A program made the translations under genes and the position numbers. DNA of 64,000 nt from Sminthopsis crassicaudata (lineage: Eukaryota). The stretch is taken from contig NC_133623.1 of the NCBI RefSeq assembly GCF_048593235.1, forward strand, positions 40,416,211 through 40,480,210, in the 5' to 3' direction. Under the pieces are notes generated by a model. That model ran no database searches. It had not been told where the DNA came from and was given only the letters and a program-made list of their open reading frames with translations. This document shows, piece after piece, positions 8,661-18,805 of the stretch (the first letter of the stretch is position 1; each line of letters opens with the position of its first letter).

Positions 8661-9639
8661 TAGCCAGATCTCTGGGTCTTTCTGACTTGCTGCACACCTG
8701 CTTGCTCAAGTTTTGCTGGTTATAGCCAAGACGTCTGTCTGTTGCTCCCTTTCTCTGTGGCAATTATCCTAGGTGTCTGAAAAGCTGCTGTGGGCCTTAT
8801 TTCAAACAATTTCAAAACTTGGTAGAAGAAAAGAAAGGCCCTGTCTCACAGGGAGAGAAGGGCCGACCTAAAAGGACAATCACATAGGGGAAAATTTACT
8901 CTCCTTGTTTGGGACACATATGAGCAATTAGCATAAGAAAGAATCCAGGTACCCCAGCCCAATCATGTGCTTGTTAGTTTTCCTAGAACCTTTGGGTTCT
9001 CTTGTTGCTCATATTCTTCCTTCCCTTCTTCAGGCTGATATGTTAGCTATCAGCGTGTAGGTGGGATTGTCCACTTCCGGCACCGGGACAGATTTTTTTG
9101 TTTGTTCTCTCAGCACCTAACATGATAATTTGCAGCCAGAAAGCGGTTCCTCCCTGCTCACTAGATCAAATTGCTGTGGCCCTGAGCACATCATTGTCCT
9201 GGGGATAAATAGCCACCCATCTTTTGAAAAGTTCCATATTGCTGCTACTACTTTAAAAGCCTCATTGGAACAGAAATACTTGAAGAGAAAAACCATTCTA
9301 AGAAAATAGCAGTCCAGTCAACCTTCTACTGACCTACATCATATGTTAACAAAATAGAGATTATTTCTCTCCTCTTGTGTGGGATAGAAGAGAAAGATAG
9401 TCTTCCTGTTATCGGAAATCTTTTAGAATCTGTTAGTCTCCCTGGAAAGGATTAGCCAGGATTAGAACTTGGGTGCAAAAGCCTGGATCATATCTGTAGT
9501 GTATGTGGTCAGGAAGGAGAATTATTATTGGAGCTCGAGCAGAGGCTCGGGTGGTGGGGAAGCAAAGGTGTTGTGCCAACACGGGGCTTTCTTGCATCAA
9601 ATATGCCAGAGAATCTTAATTTTGTGCCCAAGAGTCTGT

Positions 9640-10400
9640 CATTGTAGAATCTCCGAGTTGGTTGATAGCACAGAGGCCTTTTGGTCCAGCCCATACTGAC
9701 CAAGAATCCACTCAACATCACATCAGACAAATGGTCATCCAGCCTCTGCATCAAGATCTCCGGTGAAGAGGAAGGTTACTTCCTCTTGAGAAAGACCTCC
9801 ACTTTTGTATAGCTCTTACCCCTATCATGTTTTTCCTCACATCAACCTAAAATGTGGCCCTCTGTGTCTGTTACTCATTGTCCCTATTTCTGCCCTCTTA
9901 GACTAAACAGAGGACAGCCAGGTGCTGCAGTGGGTAGAATAGCAGACCTCTCGTCAGGAAGTCTCATCTTCCTGGCCTTAGACACTCATTAACTGTGTGA
10001 CCCCAGGCAAGTCACCCGTGCCCTTTTGCCTCAGTTCCTCAGCTGTCACATGAATGGAGAAGGCGATGACAAGCCACTCTATTATCTCTGCCCATATAGG
10101 GTTCATAACTAAAAGACATGAGCAAAAACAACCAAAAAACTAAGCTGGAGTGTGATCAATCTTCCATTTGACATCCCTTTAAATATTTGAAGACAGCTCT
10201 CAGTCCTCATCCTCACTCCCACTTCTGCCTCCCAGTCCCAACCTAGTCTTTTTTCCCAGGCTAAACAAAACTCGGTTCTTTGCATCATTCCCCACAGGTG
10301 TGATTGGCCCGTGGTTGTCGTTCTCAAGTGCTGTAGGTGAAGCTCAAACCTAGGTCTTCTGTCTAAGCCCAATGTTCTTTTTTTCAACCATATCCAATAT
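9640..10400 (-). mobile_element. L3/CR1 LINE 3' fragment, interrupted by a SINE
   Basis: caaatggtcatccagcctctgc, ccacttttgtatagctct and cccttt aaatatttgaagacagct...ttcccaggctaaaca resemble the reverse strand of the L3 3' end. Confidence 0.7.
9912..10140 (+). mobile_element. Mar1-type CORE-SINE with RTE/BovB-derived tail, inserted in L3
   Basis: CORE ctgtgtgaccccaggcaagtcac...gcctcagttcctcagctgt followed by ggagaaggcgatgacaagccactctattatctctgcc, which resembles the RTE-type tail ggagaaggaaatggcaaaccactccagtatctttgcc. Confidence 0.7.
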
Positions 10401-11359
10401 CATGGAGCCTTTCAACATGCAGGTCCGGGAAGATGGTGACCTTGCATCCTAGGATTCCGTTTGAAGAGTCAGTTGCCATTGCTTGGAACTATGGATGCCA
10501 TCAGGCTGGATGGCTGAGAGGCCCAGGACCTTCATTTTCCAGTGTGTTCTTTACTCTGCCCAGGGACTGCTGCTATTCCAGGTCACCGGGAAAGGGGCCT
10601 GCTTGACTTTGTACAGGAGGGTTGTCTCTGGCACATGAGGAAGCAGGCTCCTGACAGAGAGAACTGTCCTTTTGGTCTGAGGCAGGATGGGAGAGAAGTG
10701 TGGGGATTACTTTAATAAGAAATCTCTTTGAGGGTCAAGTGCACTCAGTAAAGGTATAATTGAGCCTCGGTGAAAGTGCTGGCACTGAAGACTTTCAGGA
10801 CCGAACCACGTCTCGTATAATGCTAGTTAATTTACCCAGACAGTTGTTAATCTGAATTGACAAATATGAAGTAATTATACTGCTGTGCATTACCTACATA
10901 TTAACATCTATTTATGTTGAAGCACTAGGCGTTAATGATAGAGCACGGCTAACGATTCAGTTTGGTTACTTAAACTCAAATTTTAATATTTTTTTAAAAA
11001 GACAGATGATGCTGCATAATTTATCCAATTTCCCTAATAGTCATCTCACCCGAATCATGTGCAATTTGGTGGATATGGCCACTTTAAATATTTCATGAGC
11101 CGGTACAGTGGGAGACATATTACTTTATGTCACTGGGAGACATATTCCAATATTGTGTGAAGTGCCTCAGAGACTTGAGTTTTTGATTGTCTCATGGTTA
11201 GAGTATTCTTATTTAAAAGTATCTGCTTACTACAACCATGTATGTGTCTATATAGGTACACATATACATTCACACATATGTTTATGGATATCTAATTTTT
11301 TTTTTTGCTACTGTAGGTACCTGAATTTTAGGTGAAAATGATTGCTTAGCTAACAAAAA

Positions 11360-11680
11360 CTGGCCATTTTGAAATCACAGCAAAGGAGTGACATAATCGA
11401 TATTTCTTAGGGAGGGGAGTTTGATTGTAGTATATAGGGTAGAGCCGAGGTGGGAAGATTTAGACAAGACAGCTAGAACAGATGTTGCAATAATCTCTTC
11501 ATTAGATGATGAGGGCTTCGACATGAAAGCTCTAGGAAGGCAGCAGAAGTGACACAGATCACCCGCATTGTGCAACCAAAACATTTTATGATTAGTTGAC
11601 TGAGTGCGAAGGATATCGGAGGGAGTATAAATGGAGATAGTAAGATGTGATATATGGACTTCCTGGTCAGAGGGAGAGGA
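11360..11680 (-). mobile_element. L2 LINE fragment, degenerate
   Basis: The purine-rich text with gatgatgagggc and ttagttgactgag resembles antisense L2 ORF2 as recalled. Confidence 0.45.
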
Positions 11681-13294
11681 TGAATGATACTTTCGTGCTA
11701 CAAATCACAAAGATGGCGCGGAGTGGACATTTCGTTGATAGGAGCTTCGCCCGGCCCTGCATCTGCTGTAAGTCTCATCCCACTAGGAGTCCAGCACAAA
11801 TTCTCTGCTTGCCTTGCTGATGGCTTTCTCTCTCAGAGTAGAAGTAGCAGTGAAAGTCAGTGTTATTCTGGGCTTAAATCTGCGCTCCCTCCAAGGTTCT
11901 CTCTCAATGTGAATTTATATTGGACTTCAGGGTAGAATCCCTGGCTCCAGTCTGTGGTTGGCTGTTAGGGATGCTCAAGAAAGGAACATAGTTGGCTCTT
12001 AGGATGTATATATATCCTCAGCAGTTGTCTCCTTCCACAGGATCTGTCTGCTTAGGATCTGTCACTTAGGAATCTTACAATTGCTTTCTCAACACAGTTG
12101 ATCATTGGTAGCATTCTGAAACCTCTTGATATCCTCTTGATGTCATTGCCTTCTGGGTGACATACCATTTTGATTCTTCAGAGATGATAGTTTTTAATAA
12201 GTTACAGTCACATAATGTCATTCTGAGAATACTCATGTTATTAGTGTGGACTTTTGCTTCTTAGGGAGAAGTTTCAGCTCTACATACTGTGATTTCCCAA
12301 AGACGGCACAGTTCACTCTTTTCCTTCTCTTCATTGCTGAGTTTACTTCTCTGTTGTTGGCCAAGTCCATGGGAGATGTGCTCATGGAACAACTTGATGT
12401 GCATTTCACAACCACATGCCATAAACTGGGTAATAAGCATTTTCCATCTATTGGGTTTTCCCAGTTTGCCTTTAGTGTGATAGTGGTTCTCATTCAGAAG
12501 TTCTGCAGTGTCATGGGGTTCGGTGCGCTTGGCACACTGCCCTTTACGGATTGGACAATGTTATCATCAGTAGGGAGCCCTTCTCCCATTTGAACTCGAC
12601 GCTGGACTTTTCCCACAAGATCTTCCCATGGTAGAGCGGAATACAGGTTCTCTCAGTTGGCAAAACCCCACAAAAAGTTGTCATAAACCCTGTAGTCTTC
12701 TGACAACCCAGCCTCCCCACACATGAATAGCTTTGCAAATCAGCTGAATGTTATGAATATTAATATCAAAATAGGATGTGGCTGTATAATCATTTGACTT
12801 CAAATATTTTATTAAAAAGAAAACTCCATCACCCCTTGAGACTTGAACAGAACTGAGAAGGCTTAGTATTTCTTCTGGATTGCTAAAGGTCAGAAATCAA
12901 TAGACTTCTCAAAGACCCCCCTCGTCCATGACTCGTATGGTTTTTATCCCATAGGTCATTGGCAGCTTTCTTTGTTATCCTCAAGTATTTGCTTGAGGAA
13001 AACCTGACTTTTCAAAGTTTACTTACCACTCCCTTGGCAACGTGTGGACTTTTCCTAAATCGCAAGGCTGAAATATGCCGTTTGGGATTATTGCCCTTTC
13101 AGTTACTATTGAGAGAAACATCAGAGTTTCAGAGATCTGCTCTTGAAGCAAAGGAAAGAGAACGTAGAGAGATCTACAGGGAAAGTCTATGCTGGCTGCA
13201 AGGAAATGGGAAGGGGAGATTGGTCCTGAATGGGTCACCTGAACTTGCATGGGTTGGATTTAATTAATCTTCTGTGGGCCAGGCACTGTGGTAG

Positions 13295-13645
13295 ATAATA
13301 GAGAGGGGAAGGCAAAGGAGAGAAAGGAGGAGAAGGAGAAAGGGAGGGAGAGATAGAGAGGGAGGAGGAAAAGGAAAGGGACAGAAGAGGATGAGGGGAG
13401 AGAGGAGAGAGAGAGGAGGAGGAAGAGAGAGAGACAGAGACAGTGACAGAGACACACATGCAGAAAGAGGGAAAATGAGCTAAGAGAGATGGAGAGAGGA
13501 GGAGGAAGAACAGGAGGAGGGGAGACAAAAGGACAGAGGGAGGGGAAGGAAAACAGACAGAGACAGACGTGTATACAGATGTGTAGGGGGTGAGGGGGGA
13601 GAAAAAGAGAGATGAAGAGGGAAGGAGAGAGGAAGAGAGAGAAAA
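13295..13645. repeat. GA-rich polypurine low-complexity tract
   Basis: Runs of gaga/ggagga/gagacaga. Confidence 0.9.
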
Positions 13646-15109
13646 CAGGCCTTGCTTTTGAGAGACTTAAATTCTATAGGATGAGCTATTCTTGCCTGTT
13701 ACTCATGCTAATTCCCTTTGATTGCTATGAATCCTAATTTGACCTTGAAGAAGTTTTTGGACCATCCTGTGTCTTATACCCATCTCTGCTTTGGAAAAGT
13801 TTTCTTGGCATGATGGAGTAGAAAGCTTAGTAGATTTGGCTGTAGGGGACCAATCCTGTAATTGTAGCCCTGCTTTTGCCTCCATGTGTGACGGCAGGGA
13901 GCCTCGGCCTTCTCTCGCCCTCATGGTCTTCTTGGGCCTGCCTGTTTTCTGAGCTCCCTTCCCCTCCCTTCCCCTCCCTTCCATTCCTATGATGCCTTCT
14001 ATCTATGTCTCTCTCTTCAAGGGACCCAGCTTTTACCCCCCCCCAAAATGACCCACAATCCAAGTTAGGGTGCTCCCTTCCAAGTGAAGAGAGGAATAAC
14101 AAATGTGTAGGAGGGGATTGGGACTTTAGGCAAGGTATTGACCCCTATGGCCTCTAAGGTCCCTTGCAAATCAGAGAGTCTCTGATGGCCAGAGTTGTTA
14201 TTATTAAGAGCAGAACGGTAAGCAAGTAGTCCTTGATGGGAGAGGGAAAGCCGGCAGGAACATCCATGCAGGTGTTGGAGATGCTAATTTCTGTTCTCCG
14301 CCAGTGATTTGCTATCCAACTAGAATGCTACAGATCATAATAAGACATGTGCTGACATAGAGACATCAGCTCATCCTCAACTAATTTTCACTTTTCTCTC
14401 ACACTTGCTCTGTTGCAAAAAGGTCATTTCAGTCACTAGCTAGCATGCTTTCATGAGTAATTGCTTTCTTCAGTAACGCCAGTCATTGCAGATCCATGTG
14501 CGAGTCGTAGCTCTTTGGATGAGGTTTGGAGGCCTCTGATGGTAATAGGCAGGGTTTGAAGCCCAGGGATGTCGCTCAATGTCACCTGCTGTACAGCATG
14601 CAGACTTAGTCACCTAATACTGTACCTCTAAGGAATCATCTATTCCACATTGTACCTTGATGACGAGGACCCTCCATGTTCTTTATACATAGAAATCTAT
14701 CTATCTACCTAATAATATGACTTCATTTCTTGAGAGATCAAGTCATACATATATATTAGTGATATACTTTTTTTTTTAATTCTCTGAATTTTCCTCTGTA
14801 TCCTTCCCCCTCCTCCCTCCCCAGGAGCATCTTGGAGTAGAGTTCAAGTACCTGCTCCTTTTCTTACTGTCTTCATCAGTCCCATGGCCTGGACTTGATT
14901 TCAGAAACTTTCATCTCTTGACTAGCACTAGAGAAGGGTGTACATTGGATGAACAAAGAAAAATGCCCAGAGGTGCCTTTGGCTAATGGCTTGCTGGCTC
15001 AGCCGCTAGATTGCCTTCAGTCAGATTCTTCCAATATCCAAATCCCAGCTTCCCCATCTGTAAAACAAGAGGGTTGGCCACTGGTACTGAGGTTCTTCTA
15101 AGTTTTTTA

Positions 15110-15530
15110 AATTCATTCTACTTTTCAAGTTGTTGTTTTCTTCAGTGGATTTTTTTGTGTGTTTGGCCAATTGTATTTTTTCAGGAATTGCCTTCCTTTT
15201 CCAAGCTGCTGACTCACTCTTGCATACCTTTGGTTTCTTTTCTCCTTTTTCTTCTCCCTCTTTTATTTGCCTTTTAAAATGCTTTATGAGCACTTCTAGG
15301 AAGCCTCTTTGGGCTTGAGACCAATTCGTATCACTCTTTGAGATTTCCTCTGTGGGCATTTTGTCCTCATCTGAGTGAATGTTTTGATCTTCCCTGTCAC
15401 CCATAGTAGCTTTCTATGGTTAAGGGTCTTTTCTGTTTCTTGCTCATTTTCTTTCTTTCTCTCCCCCCTCCATTTTGTGACTTTTTATGATGGAGCTTTC
15501 CTCCTGAGGTGCTGTCCCAAGTTTCTTGTG
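15110..15530 (-). mobile_element. L1 fragment: end of the 5' UTR plus ORF1 N-terminus, frameshifted
   Basis: ATG at 15447 gives MSKKQKRPLTIESYYG. After a 1-nt frameshift near 15401 it continues GDREDQNIHSDEDK...NWSQAQ...EENNNLKSR, matching the recalled marsupial L1 ORF1p start and coiled-coil. Confidence 0.85.
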
Positions 15531-17223
15531 TAACTCTGATTCTTGCTTTGATCACACAGCTCATACCTGCCTCCATCAGTGGAAACGTACTAGCTGTGAA
15601 ATTCCTACCTCTTGTCCTACCTATGTTCAAATCCTACCTCTGATACTTAGGACTTTTGTGACTCTCTGTCTTTCTATCTATCTGTCTGTCTGTCAATCTA
15701 TTTGTCTATCTGAGAGCTCTGAGCCTCAGGTTCTTTGTCTGTTGAATGAAGGGACTGCACTAGATAGCCTCTGAGGTCCCTTCTACGTCCAGACCTGGAA
15801 ACTAATGGTCTCGTCTTCAAGCACAATATGATGAATATCTGTCAGAGACAGTAGAGATAGATCGTAGATGGCCAGGCGGACTGGATTATAGAACTTATGT
15901 AGCCCAAGCCCATCATTTGGCAAATGATAAAACTGTCTCTTAGAGATGGGGAGTGATATATGCCAAGTAACATGGGCAGCGAAGGACAGAATGGAACCCA
16001 GGTCCATTGCCAATGAATGTAATCCTCTTGCCACACCCCATGTGGCCTCTCATAGTCCTTTCTGATCCTGGGACTCTGATTTTCTCATTGCAGAATTTTT
16101 TCTGCTATAAGTTCCTGCAGAAAGCTCTTAGTGATGCTGCCTGCTCTCTCTGAGCTTGGCCCAAAGAAACCCCATGTAGCAAGGCAGAAGAAGCCCTGTG
16201 AAATGCTTTCTTCACAATGGAAAGGTCATTCTTTCTCTGAGGTGAGAGGCTCTATGGCGAGTGCTCTGTTAGGTGATTCACATAGGTGGCTCTTTGTGCT
16301 CTTTCCAGGGGTGAACAGAAACTCCACAAAAACATCTACCTTGTGGCCCTTTTCAACCAAATGGACTGAATGGGAGAAAACACTTTGTTATAAATACCCA
16401 GAGCTGAGGCCTTTGCCTCTGACCTTTAGATGTATGTATGTGTCAAGCAGAGTTTTCCATAATGCAGGCTCCCCAGCTAGTGAGCTTGTGACATTTCTTT
16501 GTCAATGCATATATGTGGAATGGTGAGGAGATGGTGGCTGACATTTGGAATCCTCCACCATCTTGCCAACAGGAGTGTTGTTAGGTGCCTCGGGCAGAGG
16601 TCCCTCCAGAGTTGCCGTTGAATGCCGCTTTTGACTGGGCCCCAGCGATCAGAGGAAACTCAGGTTGCTTTTATGCCGTGGGGGTCTATGTGCTATTTAT
16701 TGAAAGCTAGCTCTCCAGGCATCCTTTTAGCAAGGCCTGAGTCTTCCTTCTGCCCTCACAGTGAAATCTGTAGTAAGCATTTCAAGAAAAAATGCATTTT
16801 TCTTCTAAAAGATATTTGGTCCCTGTTGCTTGGGATAACTGTGGTTTATCTTGAGTCCCCATGGCTATATCTCTACCAGCTCGGAATAACTGGTTAAAAG
16901 ATGCAGGATTTAATCAGTCACCGAGCTGTATTGTCTGCGGGGCATGCAACACAATAGCTCCATTCACTGATGCTTCCTGCATACCTGACTTCAATAGGTT
17001 TACAGCATTCCCTCAACAGGACTTTATAGGTGATCCATGACATGTTGAGCTTGATTGGATGAATTGGTACAAAGACCATCTTGGGTGAAGTTCACTTGTA
17101 GAAAAAAATGTCTGTAGTTGGTAGCATAGCAAAGGGGATGGGAAGCAATTCCATTAACAGTTGTTCTTCTCCATCCATTTCATACCTCAAGCCATTTTAG
17201 CATCCCTGTTATAACTTTATTTA

Positions 17224-17566
17224 NNNNNNNNNNNNNNNNNNNNNNNNNNNNNNNNNNNNNNNNNNNNNNNNNNNNNNNNNNNNNNNNNNNNNNNNNNNNN
17301 NNNNNNNNNNNNNNNNNNNNNNNNNNNNNNNNNNNNNNNNNNNNNNNNNNNNNNNNNNNNNNNNNNNNNNNNNNNNNNNNNNNNNNNNNNNNNNNNNNNN
17401 NNNNNNNNNNNNNNNNNNNNNNNNNNNNNNNNNNNNNNNNNNNNNNNNNNNNNNNNNNNNNNNNNNNNNNNNNNNNNNNNNNNNNNNNNNNNNNNNNNNN
17501 NNNNNNNNNNNNNNNNNNNNNNNNNNNNNNNNNNNNNNNNNNNNNNNNNNNNNNNNNNNNNNNNNN
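17224..17566. other. Assembly gap (343 N)
   Basis: Run of N. Confidence 1.
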
Positions 17567-17609
17567 ACACCTAGAATCCCTGAGGAATTTCTACTGATTT
17601 TTACCTTTA

Positions 17610-17735
17610 ACATTCCATTTAATTCAACAATTTTTTATTGAGCATCTACTATATGTAAGTTCTGGTGTGAAAGGGTACCAAGATGAATAAGATTTGATTT
17701 CTACCTTTGAGGAGTTCATAGTCTGATTGGGTAGT
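17610..17735 (-). mobile_element. L2 3' end
   Basis: cattccatttaattcaacaatttttattgagcatctactatatg...tttgaggagttcatagtct is a typical antisense L2 tail. Confidence 0.75.
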
Positions 17736-17782
17736 TCAGAAGTACCCAATAATAGAGGCAGTTTACTTTATGATTATAAACG

Positions 17783-18343
17783 TGTAAGGGCCCTTTAAAT
17801 GGGCGGCCACAGTGCAACAGGAGATTTGAGTGGCCCAGAAGTAATCTCTGTGGATATAGGACTGCCCTGTGGATGGGATCCTGGCCATATTGAGATAGCT
17901 TCATAATGGGTGACGGCTCTCTCGCTGGTTGGCTGTGTGTGTGACTGCACAGGCCCTTTATAAGCCCACTGCAGACAGCAGTCACTCTCTTTAACCTGGC
18001 TCTGTAGCCTGGGGTAGCCAAGCCAAGCTGATGGATAGCCGAGAGAGGTAAGGAGTTTGGTAGTGAACATGTGGGTCTTCAGACCAGGTGTTCACTAGGG
18101 AGCTAACAAGTCAGGGCATCATGTGAGTAGGTATAATAAAGGCTTTTAAGATTACACATGGCTGTTCTTGAGTGCGCTACCGGTTGTTAAACTACAGATT
18201 CAAGAGATCGTGGCCAGAGACCTTTGAAGGCCTCAGAGGAGGGCGAGCCAGGTAGAGTTGACACTGCAAAGGTCAGTGGTCAAAGGTACTCTGTTGGGCC
18301 TAGGACAGACTGGTAATAGTAACTGCCAGGAGGGCATGTTACA
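17783..18343 (+). mobile_element. Solo LTR (561 bp) of an ERV/LTR retrotransposon
   Basis: Begins tgtaa and ends ttaca (TG...CA with a 5-bp terminal inverted repeat). Flanked by taaacg/taaaag (5 of 6 matching, putative TSD). Internal TATAA at 17959, Inr-like TCACTCT at 17982-17988 and AATAAA at 18135-18140. Confidence 0.85.
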
Positions 18344-18439
18344 TAAAAGCACTATCCCAAGCACATTGGACCCTTCCAAACATTTTGGAGGATAATAAGC
18401 CCTTCAGCTCATGTGACGTCACATCTCTCACCTCTGTGC

Positions 18440-18805
18440 CTTTGCAGTGGGTTCCTCCATGTCTAAAATGCCCTCCATTCTCACTTAGGCTTTGGAGAAT
18501 CCTAGTTTACCTCAGAACACAGCTCAGGTGCTACCTAGTACCCAAGGCCTTTCCTGAGCTGCCCAGTCATGAGCACTCTCTCCCTTCTGAAATTACTTTG
18601 CCTATACTTGGTAGGGACTGGCTTCTGGGTTCAGTGTCCCTCCGGCACACCAGGCGGCTTGCCCCCAGGTAGAACATTTTTTTCCATGTTGATGAAGAGT
18701 GTTCTATTTTTTACTTTGTGTCCCAGCAAATAGTACATTCCCCTCCCCCATACCCTCCATAGCAGGTGTCTAATCAGTGTTTGTTGAGTGGAATTGAATG
18801 ACCAG
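18440..18805 (+). mobile_element. L2 3' fragment
   Basis: Ends catagcaggtgtctaatcagtgtttgttgagtggaattgaatg, resembling the L2 terminus. Confidence 0.6.

Noticed and set aside
9034-9060. 27-nt micro-exon candidate (ttcttcag|...|gtggga)
   Set aside because: It has stops in all frames and such signals arise by chance in 64 kb.
17217-17613. ORFs spanning the first gap
   Set aside because: They consist of X residues from N bases.
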